A DNA stretch of 64,000 nt from Perkinsus olseni (Eukaryota), in the NCBI GenBank assembly GCA_013115125.1, contig JABANN010000127.1, positions 1 to 64,000 on the forward strand, given 5' to 3'. Below the pieces are notes generated by a model, which was not told where the DNA came from, ran no database searches, and was given only the letters and a program-made list of their open reading frames with translations. Both the position numbers and the translations under genes were made by a program. The number at the start of each line of letters is the position of its first letter. Positions within the stretch are counted from its first letter, which is position 1. Below are positions 12,001 to 24,100 of this stretch, piece by piece.

Positions 12001-15000
12001 GTACCTCAGGTTCTCTTTGCGGCTCTAGCCCAGCAGACCATCGCATGGTCGACAGCGGAGCGGAGCTCGGAGGCAGCCGAGCAGCTTCCGCAGGTGGGGT
12101 TGCTCCCCTTGTGAGACGTGCAGTATGGAACTGTGTAGGCCGTGGAGGCGCTGAGGCGATGGGAGAGTGAGGGAGAGTCCTCCGTCTTGTTAATAGCGGT
12201 AGTGACAGCTGAGTACGATACATTCCTCGCCGTAGTTCATTCCATACCACTCCTTTCCCTTCACTTCCGCCCGTGGAAGATTCAGCGAACTAGGGTTGAT
12301 ACCCAGATACGGTCTCTCGCTGCTACACTGGCTCGATCGGGACGCAGTTCTAGCGGAGCGAAGCTGGCCCGGGCCATCCTCCAAGCCTTCGCCAGCTTAT
12401 TACACAACTCCTACAGTAGTGGACCGCGCCCCACCCCTGTCGATGCTGACTTGTCCAGGCCCGGCTGACTCGGCTGAGTACGCGTCCACCGCCATGGCCT
12501 GGGCCTTCACGGACGGTGCAACACAACAGCGTTCGGCGGGGTATCATGATATCACGACAGAGGCCCCGGAAGAAGTCGCTAGAGGGATAGGAGAAACCTG
12601 GAGGGCCAAGGTGGGGTAGTACCCCACCAAACGCTACTCCTGACCTAGGGTGGCAGGTTATTGGGGCTCTGGAGAATGCGTGTCGGACAGAGGCGGGCAT
12701 TTGCCTGGCTGAGGTAGGTCTACACTGTACCGAGCTGGGAATACTCTGTCGCTTGATTAGCTTCTCGTGGAGATGTGCCGTGCCAGCCAGTCCCCGTTGC
12801 GATATGACACCAACGCTCTCAAACTCCTAGTTGAACTCGGCCGTGCTGACAGCCCTGCCCCCGAGGACATCCTCGCCGCACTGGACCGCGATGGTAGTGG
12901 TAGTAGTAGGGATGGTCGTGCATACGACGCGCTTCAGCCACTCACCGACGGCACTTAGTGTACGAGGCGATGGCCCTTGCAACAGCCAACGGCTGCTCTA
13001 TGCTCAGGAGCGATGGTGGGGTTACTCATCTGCGCTTCACTAGCCATACATCAATATCAGGTGATGGTGTCATCGCAGTCGGCTTGGTCTTCGGTATAGT
13101 CAGCTCGGTACTTAGTCGACGAGGAGAAGATACCGTTACCAGCCTGAATCACAAGGAAGCAGTGTAGGGAGGTGGCACCTACAGGAGGTCCTTACAGGTG
13201 TCCTGCCTGTTCAGCCTTGGTTTTGTGGACAGAGCTGTGGCGGCTGCACGGAGCGTGAAGGACTGCCACCAACGGCTGACCCCTCCAGCTATCCTCGTAC
13301 CGATGACGGGCAGTGATCGCTCGAGATCCACCGCCCTTACAGGTCTTTCTGGCCTACCTCCTCTCGGTGGTGGTATCGGTCATTACGAACTCGGGGTTGT
13401 CCAAGACAGAAGTGAAGACAATGCTGCTGAATTCGGGGATAATAGACGCTGTCGTCTATGAGCTCTGCTACATCGGGTGGGTCAGCCGTGCCCTGTGGGA
13501 ATGGCAAGGTCAGGACAGGTCCTCGCTCGCCCCACGCAACGGCAACCCGCAAGTGGCTAAGGCCGGTGAGCTGGTCCGCAAGGTAGAGGGAGTTCAGCTA
13601 GGAGGGTATACAGCAGAGGCGCCAATGGACTCTGTCATGCGGTAAGGAAAATTTGGTATGCCTGACCACTGCCCGACTTAGATGATCAGGCTATTGTTGT
13701 GCCTGGAACCTGCCCGCCACGAACAGGATGTTCGGGCGGTCGTTTGCCGAGTCCTCCATTGGGACCCCAGCGCCACCCGATACGCTTGCAACTTCCTCCA
13801 TTTGCTCTCACCAACACGACATGGCGTGGCGGCTGTCATTACTCTGCTGTAGATCACTCTGCGGTGGAACGGGGAGGCGGTGACGTCTGCCTCAGACACG
13901 ACCACCGGGAGGTTCTAGAGCCTCGGATATTCCTAAGGACCTTCCTAGTGCTCGCTCGAGGCCTCCGGGCAATTCGGCCGAGAGAGGAAGCGGAGACCTC
14001 CACACGGTATTGCTGAAGGGGGTGTTCGCCTCCGCAGGTGGTCCCGCAGGTTGCTACTGGCGACGGCCGTGGCGGCATCGGCTGCCCTGTCTGATGATCG
14101 GAGTGGTAACCTCACCAACGAGTTCATCGAATCTCGAGTCATCGCCACATTGGTGGGAGAAGGGGGCTGCCTTCTCCCGTCTCGCTATGGCTCCCTCGTC
14201 AGTGTAATCTGCTATCGGAGTTCCCCACCATACCCACTGAGGCCGTGACCCTCTTCTCGTGTCTAGTGCTGCACCACAACTCCCTGGCAGGCCAGTTCGT
14301 AGCGGCTGCCGGCTTGCAGCTCTTCAAGGTAAGGACCGCTCCCGAGAGTTCAATAAAACTGCGCTACAGCGTGAGCGACAGAATTATCCTGTTGCCTGTC
14401 ATGGTACGCCCTACGATATCGCAGCAGCAGAGCTCCGCAGTTTTATGCAGTTCCTTGTCTTTTCAGAGATTTGCTGTTCTCTCTAGCCCCGACGAGCAGG
14501 CCCTGGTGGATGCGTTACTGGTAAGGGTACAGTCTTAGGTGGAGTCTTACTCTCACTCTAGGTCGTCTCCCACATAGCTCGACAAAGCAAAGATTTCTAT
14601 TCTGCTATCGAGAAGATGTCCCCCTATGGAGCCCTCCGGGACAACTGCGCCCACTCGTCCGCAGGAGTAAATCCGCGCTATCTTAGGTCGATGATGGGCT
14701 TCCACAGGTACGCGCCAAGACTTGTAATGCCATCGGTAACATGGCACGACATTCTGACTTCTTCTACACAGCCTTCGAGGAGTGAGCTATCCGGTTCCCC
14801 CTCCATCAGCGCGGCAGCTCCATCGCAGGCACGACCTAGTCGCGGCCCTCTTGCCGCTCTGCTCGGACCCTGATGCGACAGTGCGGAAGTTCGCGTCCTT
14901 CGCTCTGGGTAACTCGGCCTTCCACAGCGCAGGACTGTATCGCCACTTGAAGCAAGCGTTGCCATACTTGGTGGACCTGCTGAGTGAGTTTTACTGACAC

Positions 15001-15516
15001 CTCTAGCTGTTGTCAGCAGTAGCACTTCAGACACGGAGGAGGACGAGAAAACCCGGGCGAACGCAGCCGGGGCTCTTGGCAATCTGGTCCGGAACAGCAA
15101 TGAGCTGGTTCGTCCGATGATCGAGATGGGAGTGGGGGCGCTCGCTCGAAAGATTCCCTACCTGCCGGTCTCAGGCACTGGAAGGCCTCCTCAATGTCGT
15201 GGAGCGGAGGCTGTTAGCTTCGCCGATACAGTCCGGCCCAGCCGACTCCTCCGTCAAAATTTCCCTGTTTTCCCTTGGTAATCTTGCCGTCCATCGCCAC
15301 TGCAAAGACGCTTTGGTACGCCATCTACGGCCGCTGCGTTCTTCCACTTCCCGCCCTCAGTTGCGTCTCCACTGCGCTTCGATCTGTCGCAGAGTGAACG
15401 ATAGATGCGGCACAGTCGGCAGCCCAGCGGAAGACCAGGTCACTGTACGATACTCTAATCGTCTCATGAGTAAGTTGACAGCGCCGCCAATGAATCAAGC
15501 ATCACCACAAGGCTGA
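9065..15516 (+). CDS. STK36: Fused/STK36 (TIO-like) Ser/Thr kinase with C-terminal ARM/HEAT repeats, many introns
   Basis: [82 protein letters not shown]-terminal [20 protein letters not shown] and [18 protein letters not shown] typical of Fused. Confidence 0.9.
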
Positions 15517-15775
15517 CGACGTCGTCCCTTCACAATTGATGAGGGCCACTGGTGGGCTCAATTCGCTCATCCCCGTTAGGACATGCGAATATACGTTTCA
15601 CAAATGGGCTCATCATCCCGAAGACTTTGGTTGAGTGGGCGGCGGCCGAATGCGACGGGGATGAGTTCTTTCTAGGCAGGAGGGGTCGATCGTTACTTCC
15701 TGCCGGGTCGTTGCAGATTGTCGTGGCATCATTCCTGGGCAGTTGAGCCTGGTCTACCCTTGGTCCTCCCTGCTC

Positions 15776-18332
15776 ATGTCCGCGGCAGATAAGTACTCTA
15801 TCATCAGAACGAAGGGCATCCAGCATCCCCAGCCCGTCAGGCCGGCTCGCTATCGGCGGGGGAAGGTGGGTCGTCGTCAAACTCACAACGAGGTCCTGCC
15901 ATTCCGTCTGTAGATGCCTGAGTTCGTGGTGCAAGAGATGGAGGAGCAGGAGGAGGAAGAGCGACGGGACAGGCTGGAAGTAAGGCCGTGCCGTGCTGCG
16001 GTCATGGCGACCTATTCCTTCGGTGTCTGTCAGGTAAAAGAAGAGGAGGCTGCTTCGACCCGCCGGCCTCAGCCAGTGGCCCCTCGGGTCATCTCGCAAG
16101 CCGAAGAGCCCGACAGCGAGGAGAGTGGTTCCGAGTCTGACGATGATGGGCCCAGTCGAGCGGAACTACTTGCGCGGGCGGTAGGTCGGAGGGTTAATGA
16201 CCACTCGAGGTTACTAGTCACTACGCAACTTCCTTTCAGCGACAGCTGGCAGCCGATCGAGCAAAGCATCAAGCGAGCGTGGTGGCGACAGGTGAGGCGG
16301 GCGATGGGGTGATTGGTGGTCTGTACTCCTGTGTATTGGAGCCTTCTGGGCGTCGTTGTTGTTTCTGTGATGGATGCCGTGGATTGGGTAGGTGGTACGG
16401 ATGAAGCTGATGACGATTCGGGCGATGAGGACAATCGAGCAGCCCTTATCGCCAAATCGGTGAGTCATCGAGCTGTTCGTCAACCAGTGATGCCGGAGCT
16501 GCTCCTTCATGCTCGGTGACTGGCAAGCGGGCCCTTGATGACGGTGCGTGTCGCTGTTTCAGAGACATGCTGTGGAGGAGCGAGTCAAGCAGGAGGAAGC
16601 GGTGGCCGCTGCAAGTAGGCTGGAGTGGTCCTTATGATCGAGTCTCCGTGTCGCACAGACCCTTGGCGGCCCGTTTAGAAGCGCCCATCATGGGGCTGCT
16701 TTTCAGGGCGGGAGGAAGCCGACGAGGATGAGGATGAGGACATAGAGGACGAGGAAGATGAGGAGGAGGAGTCTAGTGAGAGTGAATCAAGCAGTGATAG
16801 CGAAGACGACGGGCCTCTCCTCGCTGGGCCACGGTTCAAGCCAGTGAGTCTCACACAGCGCAAACTGGCAGCTCTGGACGTGCTGGTGTCAGGTATTTGT
16901 CCGGAAGGGAGAGCGGCACAGCTCGGCGAATGTCGGCAACCAGATGCAGTATTTGGAGAAGTGAGGCTGGAGCTGCTCCCTACCAGCAAATCAGTTTTTC
17001 TCGTCTGTGATAGATATAACGAAACGACTGAGGATGCTGAGCGGAAGAAGCATGAGAAGGAGGACGCCATTGTAGCAGCCATCTCTGGTAGTCGCCATGT
17101 TCACGCTTCTTTGCTGCGCGACCGCACGCTATCCTTACCAACACCCAGTGAATTATCGTGACCGTCTTCTCCGCTGTTTTGCCTGAGGTTTGCGACCGGC
17201 GTGTGCGCCCCGTAGGTGTGTCCGAAGATGTAGCAGACGGTCAGCCGGACGATGATGAGGAAGAGGATACAGCGGTCGTGCCAGAGTTGGGTGAAGTGAG
17301 TCGATGTGGTCGTTGGTATTGGTCGTATGGTGCCCCGTAGGACTTCACGCCAGCGACGCATCAGGAGTGGGTGCTTCGTATGCTCGAGCGACGATACGCT
17401 GTAGACAAGGCGGCAAAGGAGAGGCGCGAGGAGGAGGCCGAGATCTTGAGGAGACGTAACCTGACGGACGAGCAGAGGGCTAAGGTGGGTACTTGCAAAT
17501 GCTCACTGGGCTTCGTACGATAGGCGTACTCCTGTGTAGGAAGATGAGGAGATTGCGAAGAAGTACCCCCAGCGAGAGCACTCGAAGAACTTCGTGTTCA
17601 TGCAGAAGTAGTGGTTTGCTTGCTGTGCCGCTTTTCCTGTCGTCACACGTCTTGGTTAGATACTACCATCAGGGTGCCTACTACCAAGACCTCCGAAACG
17701 AGGGCAAGGAGGAACTCTACTTGCGAGACTACCAAGCTCCGGTAGGTCAGCAGTTCTCCGTCCATCGACCGTCACTGTCACGGACAGGTTGAAGCCGATG
17801 GGTTCGTCCAACGCATGGCTGACGAACAAGACCATGCTGGTGATGAGGCCGCGACTCGTCTGTTGAAGGGACAGATGCTGCGAAGAGGCCAGTACGGTAA
17901 AATAGGGCAGACGAAGGTAAGCCTGACGATTCACAAAAGACGCAGATTCTAATTTGGTCGCTCTCAGTACACCCATCTTTCGGCGGAGGATACTACGCAA
18001 TTTGATGCACCATGGAGCGTACGGGCGGCGCAGGAAGGCAAGGGACCCACGCCGGGCAGCTTTGAAGCGGAGGCCCGGGAGAGCGTCCGGAAGGTGCAGG
18101 AGCGGATGCGATCGAAAATGGCGGGTGAGTTGGGAAGGAGCTAAGTCGCGGTATTGTTGGAGCCACTGGCCCTATAGCTTCGCGCAAGGAGTCCTTGTCG
18201 TTCCTTGTGGCGCTGCACCTAAGTTTGAAGGCCATTACCGAGGATTTCACAATTTCCATAGGTTTCAAGAACAAAGATACGTTTGAGCTACCCCATCATC
18301 GAAAGAAGCAGCGGACCTCCGGACCAGCGTAA
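15776..18332 (+). CDS. MFAP1: Microfibrillar-associated protein 1 homolog (spliceosomal B-complex factor)
   Basis: RPARYRRGK/MPEF N-terminus, acidic tracts, PRFKPVFVRK, FVFMQKYYHQGAYY, YTHLSAEDTTQFDAPW. Confidence 0.8.
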
Positions 18333-18632
18333 CGTATATTCACCCTTATGTACAGTAACATTAACAACACCACCAAGTAAGGTTTCAATATGGACTCAAC
18401 CGTCGTGTCGCGTTCGCCGTATTTCTGGGCGAGCGAAGATGTTGCCGCTTTTATGGACATCCCGCGGCACTTCGCTCCGCGGACCGCAGCCAAAGCTTTG
18501 TAGCGGCGGCCCAGCTGAGATGAGTTATGCTTGGTTTTTGCCCTTCGAGGAAATGGTCGCTCGCTCGGTGACGTCTGATTTCAACTCGTCGTTGCTGTCA
18601 GTTTTACTTTTCCTCTTCAATTTCTGTTGCTC

Positions 18633-20429
18633 ATGGCAATCAGAGGATTAACGTTCGTGGCGGGTCTCCTTTGTGGGGCCTCTGCCGCCGCCGCCAGTGA
18701 GATCCGCGAGGTTATGTCCCGCGGTGGTGGCTTTGGTAGTCTTGACAGCGACGCCTTCGTCCAGGAGGCCGTTGTGACCAAGAGCGACGGCAAGTTCGAC
18801 GTTATTCCGATGGCCCGTGACACCCCCTTGGCTGTTGCCTCGGGCTTGTACACTGAGACTATGTTCGATCTGGGTTGGGACCAGCTCCAGTTGGACTCCG
18901 GATCCGACTACTACTCGGACCTCGACAGGATGTACGCCCTCGGTTACTTGGAGTCTTACTTCCTTCACGACCGTATCTACGATTTCTGGACCAACTACAA
19001 GCACAACGATGTGGACAAAGCTCCTGAGGGCGTCAGGGAGTGGTTCGAGGACCAGCGGGCCTACGTGAAGATCATGACCGAGATCAGCGAGGATCCCTTC
19101 TGGAAGCGCATGGCCTACGTCCAGGCTCAAACTCAGGGCTTCATCGATGGTTACCAGCGTTACCACTCCAAAGGCAAGGAGATCGACCCACTTGATATGT
19201 ATATCCTCCAGTCTTGGGGAGATCTCGGTGACGTCGCCGCCGCTTTTAACGATGCCAAGAAGTTGGAGGAGGGCCGTGTTCTCAGTGAGACCACTCCGGC
19301 CTCTACCGCTCCCTTCGTGGCCGGCCCCGGTACTCTCGATGAGGGTAGCTGCACTGGTCTTATCCGCCTTATGCCCGATGGAGAGATCGCTGTGGCTCAT
19401 AACACCTGGCGCCTTTATGAGGGGTTCATCCGAGTCTTCAAGAGAGTTACTTATCCCAACAAGCTCACTGTGACCATGAGTAGCACTCCTGGTCTCATCC
19501 ACAGTAAGGATGATTTCTACGTCCAAGAAAATGGCAACCTGATTGCCATCGAGACCACCAACGCTATGCATGATAAGGAGATCTCGGCCACTATTGCTAC
19601 TGATCCTGAGGCTCGCCATGTCGCCCTCTCGTGGCAGCGCATCACTTCCTCTGTGCTGTTCTCTACCAGCAGTGAGGAGTTTGTCCACTCGATGATTGAA
19701 GAGTACAACTCCGGTACTTACAACAACCAGTGGATGGTCGTGGATGTTGCTAAGCACCATGCCGGCGAGCGTGAGGGTGTCGCCATGATTGCCGAGCAGT
19801 CGGTCAGCTACGCTCACCTCGGCGATATATCTAGTGTTCTCTACAACAGGGGCTACTGGAAGTCCTATAACATCCCCTACTTCCCCGACGTCTTCGAGCA
19901 GATGGGCTACGACGACTCCGATCCTCAGAGCAGCTACCACAAGGCTAGCCGCAGTCTCATTAGTGACCGCGATGCTCCCGAGCTCTCCAACGTCGCCGAT
20001 GTTATGCTCTTCTCTCGCTACAACGAGTACATCACCGACCCTCTCTCCTACGGTTGCCCCCGTTTGACCATTGCGTCCCGTTACGATTTGAGTGATGAGA
20101 TGATGTGCGGTGCTGGTGCTGGTCCGAGGGCCTTTGGTGCGATCGACGCTAAGGTTGTGAGCTCTGGTGACATGAAGACCGTTCACGCTGTCTCGGGTCC
20201 CACCAACGATCCTGAGAACGGCATCCCCGTCTTCGAGTGGAGTACTTCGGGTCTTGAGGACCAGATCATGCATGTCGGCATGCCGGATCGCTTCGACTTC
20301 CCTTGGGTCCGTTTCAACGCTCACTCTTGGGATACCGAGGCTCTTACCGATGCTGGTCAGGAGTACTCTGATGACGCTCGCATCGTCGCCGTCCAAGTTG
20401 AGAAGTCCGGGAAGACCCTCCTTATCTAG
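18633..20429 (+). CDS. Phospholipase B-like protein (PLBD, Ntn-hydrolase), signal peptide, intronless
   Basis: GWDQLQL, SCTGLIRL (Ntn nucleophile Cys), AHNTW, SKDDFY, IETTN, NSGTYNNQWMVVD, SYNIPYF, SRYDL, GAIDAK. Confidence 0.93.
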   Translation: MAIRGLTFVAGLLCGASAAAASEIREVMSRGGGFGSLDSDAFVQEAVVTKSDGKFDVIPMARDTPLAVASGLYTETMFDLGWDQLQLDSGSDYYSDLDRMYALGYLESYFLHDRIYDFWTNYKHNDVDKAPEGVREWFEDQRAYVKIMTEISEDPFWKRMAYVQAQTQGFIDGYQRYHSKGKEIDPLDMYILQSWGDLGDVAAAFNDAKKLEEGRVLSETTPASTAPFVAGPGTLDEGSCTGLIRLMPDGEIAVAHNTWRLYEGFIRVFKRVTYPNKLTVTMSSTPGLIHSKDDFYVQENGNLIAIETTNAMHDKEISATIATDPEARHVALSWQRITSSVLFSTSSEEFVHSMIEEYNSGTYNNQWMVVDVAKHHAGEREGVAMIAEQSVSYAHLGDISSVLYNRGYWKSYNIPYFPDVFEQMGYDDSDPQSSYHKASRSLISDRDAPELSNVADVMLFSRYNEYITDPLSYGCPRLTIASRYDLSDEMMCGAGAGPRAFGAIDAKVVSSGDMKTVHAVSGPTNDPENGIPVFEWSTSGLEDQIMHVGMPDRFDFPWVRFNAHSWDTEALTDAGQEYSDDARIVAVQVEKSGKTLLI

Positions 20430-21153
20430 TTCTGTTCTACTGACGTATAAGGACCTTTCCATGGTCTTGTATTGATGTGTTCATGCAACACTGCTGCCGT
20501 CTTGTCTATTCTAGATGGTATTTTTTGATGGCACTTACGTAGGGTTTGGCCGTCCTGGCCACCCATTTGTCTTAGAAGCTTCCTCGTCGTTCAAACAGCA
20601 TAAGTTTGTCCGATAGTAACGATGTCTTTGCGATCCATCGCTCGAGCGTGGAGAGTGTACAGAATTTTGCGTTACTGAAAGTTACTGTTGCTGATTATCG
20701 GAAGAGACACGTCCATTGGATGTTAAACCGTGGATGCAACAATCACTTGGGAGTGATGTTGATGTGTTCTAGTCTGGGACATCCGAGCAAACTATTATTG
20801 CTGTTGTTGAACTATCATTATCAAGTTACGATCTGGTCTAACGAATACCCGTCGAACGAGCAGAATGTCTTGGGCACTGTTGGTCAGCCAACCCCAAGAA
20901 CTTAAACTTCCCACTCATTACAAGTACGTGCGTACGCGTACGTACCACCCATGTACACTTGCATTGGAAAGAGGAGATGCGGTTCTCCTTCCCCCTGGTC
21001 TCAAACACCAGAGAACACAACAAGCACAAGCTGTCGCTTCACATGATAGTCAACTATCAATACTCATGGGTAAATTATGGTCGGGTCGACGGCTTCCGTT
21101 GGAGTCTCCTGGGCGAAGCCTTTACGGACACGGACACTAAAATTTTTTAGCAC

Positions 21154-24100
21154 TCACCTCTCCGTGGGGGAGCCTTGCGCTCCATCGTTCCACGACCTGC
21201 GTCTTCTTTGCCGACGAACTTTACACCTGATAATAACATCCCGATCCCTAACGCACATGCCTTGCTGGTACGCACTGCTGTTGTTGTTTCGAGCAGCATC
21301 TCGGCCAATCGTACGTTGCGCCGCTTCAACATCGGCATCCCAACGAGGCAGTACGGCTGTGCTCGGCTGTTCCGGAAATAGTTTGCTGGTGTCCACAACG
21401 CGGCTGACAGTCCATGCCATACGATCTTCTGGAGGGATGCGTTGGTGTATAGGAAACGGGGCAGTGGCGATCAGGCGCTGAGAGCCATAAGGACTGCAGC
21501 CGAGTTTGATTGCTGACCTTACTTGTCTTTGGCGGTGCCGGTTGAGGGGCGGTACGGGGAACGGATCATCCACAGTTGGCGGTGTCGATTCACGAGTAGA
21601 GGGGGCCGACTTATCTTTCACCGCTTTCTTAGTGAGGAGGGCAGTAGGTGGCTCGTCAATCTCGGCACGCTGCTTCGCCTGAGGGAAGATTCGTCGGTCC
21701 ATGAAGAGTTCAAATGCAGCCGGAGAGCGGCTGCGCGACTCACCGTCAGCTGACGCCCACCGCGAACCTCCATCAACTCTCGGAAGGTTTGGTTTTCTTC
21801 CAGCAAGTTTGCACTCTTCTCTGCTGCCGCTTTCAACCTGGCTGCTCTGCGAAGCTTCCTGCGAGGACAAAGCGGCTGCCGATGAGCTACCAGTGGGTCG
21901 GTTATGGGCTCACTTCACTTCTGCGATTACGGATTTTTTAATAGCTGCTTGCTCGTCCTGTCGCCTCGCTGCCGATAGCGCATCAGCCCTCTCCATCTCC
22001 TTTGCTAGGGCTTCTCGATCCTGAAGTGCCGCAGCGGCTGTCGCAGCCTCCCGAGCTTCCTTCGGGCTGCTCACTCTCCTGGCTCTTCCACGCTCCTTCG
22101 ATTGCGTACAGGATTTGCACAGGCAGAAGAGCACCAGTAGAGGAAGGAGAGCAGCGACCGCTGTCAAGATTATTGGCGAGTCCAAATGGGACCACGACCA
22201 TCCGGCCTTTGTCACTCGGTACCAGGTCTCGAATGAGGACACCTGAGTCAACACCCTTCGGAGTTTCGCTGGCGAACGCTGTCAGCAAGCCTACGTTCAA
22301 AATCCCTGCTTGCATGATGGTGCCGTTGACAAGGTCCGCGTTCTCCACCCAGCAAAGCTTCAGGAATCTACGAAACTCGGGGTTTTAACTCGCCCTTGGC
22401 CATCTCAGGAGGGAATTTGCTTACAGTGGCGGTCGAATGGGCAATCGGAGGAAGTCCGTAGGATCGCTGGTGTTGGAGAAGGCGTAGTCTTTCCCCCCAT
22501 TGGTTGCTGGATACGACACACCTGCCGAGGGATAGCATCAGGACTTCTGCGATAATGCTTAATCCCTAGAAGAACGCGCCTTGAGGAGAGGCGGGGCCGA
22601 GTAATGAGAACGAGTGCGGGCTGCTGTTTGACCAGATAGCACACGACTCGCTCTGGAATACTGGATGCTGTCAGACGAGCCCGTTACCGTCGATCCCGAT
22701 AGGGGCTCTCTGAACCGTTCCCAAAGGCAGGTCTTCACATTCCCCCTCCTGGCCAAGCAGCGCGATAAGAACGTCTCCGTCCTTCATGCCGGTCCTGCGG
22801 CGAATAAGTCCGTAATCACCGGCAAGGTGGGGAGACACCCGCCTACCCCTGCAGGCCTGTGACGGTGCACGGAAGCTGGTCGTAGCAGTTCTTAACCTGG
22901 TGGGGTTGAGGGCCGGCGATTGAAATCGTGCCAGTATCAACTATGTAGTTGTACGTTCCCGCAGGGCTTCGAGCAGCCCAGCACAGCCGGTACTGCCCGA
23001 CCTGGGCTGTCACAGGATTCGAACCCCTAACAGTGGTAAACTATGACGAGACGTACGCGACGAGAACAGCCCTACCATGAGTAATAAGTCCCTGCCTCCG
23101 TCGTTGGGGTCCCAATAGCGCCGTTTGGGAATCCCGAAATACCGGCCGTCCCCGCGGCACAGCTAGCTGCCACCTTGATCTGAGGCGACATCGATTCAAG
23201 GCTAGGCGATGAGGACCTCTGAACGCTCACTCTGTCCGTGGCGCCGAGACCGTAGCCCTCCAGAGGGCCGATAGTGCATGGCCTATTGGCAAAGCAGAAG
23301 AAGGCTTGGGTGAGGACCTTGGGCGACTTCACCTGCCACAAGTTTTGTTCGGTAAATATGATAAGGTGCAGGATAGTACCAGTAAGACTGCGGCCAACGA
23401 ATCGTAGCTCGCAGATTCGGTTGAAGTGCTTGGGCGCATGGTAGCCGCCCCACTGGCGGCCTGACCATTGACGACAGACAGGATGGCTCTGGAGCCTTCC
23501 TATGACTCGTCCAGGACGATGAAGTCCATCCACTCACCTGACTCGTGTCACCTTGCGAGGTAAGGCAAGAGTTCGGGCTGAGGCGACTGCTGCACAAACA
23601 CAGGAAATAACGTCCACCTGAAGAGGGCCTCATTACTAGTCGACCATTCCCCACTGGCATGGCCTCGCAGCTCGCCTTACCAGCCAGAGTCAAGATGTCA
23701 GCCTCTTCCCCGCCGCTTGACCCTGCAGGCTCCGCGAAGTCGTAATCTCGGCCATTGGGACTGGGCAGGGACACTCCGCGGTTTGGCGCGCCATTACCTA
23801 CGACCGATCCAGCCGTGGACTTCCGGTGGTGGCCGGTAACGTCTTGACTTACCCACCGGGCGAAACCCTGCCCCACAGCCTCCCCTTGTTATCATTATTC
23901 TATCGCCGGGGTACAGCCTCCCTAGCAGGCCACGGACCACACACTTCTCGTAGACGACGCAGGAGGCGGCCTGCAGGCGGGTAGGCGGCAGCGAGAAACC
24001 ACCGAAGACCTCCAATTTCCCTGAGAGGACAGGACTGTCTCCAGGAAGGGGTGTTGAAGGCCCACCCAGGTGAACGTTGAAGTGTCTTTGATTGAGGCAT

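Noticed and set aside
18648..20462. 604-aa minus-strand ORF antisense to the phospholipase B-like gene
   Set aside because: Same codon-bias shadow effect; it mirrors the sense gene's extent.
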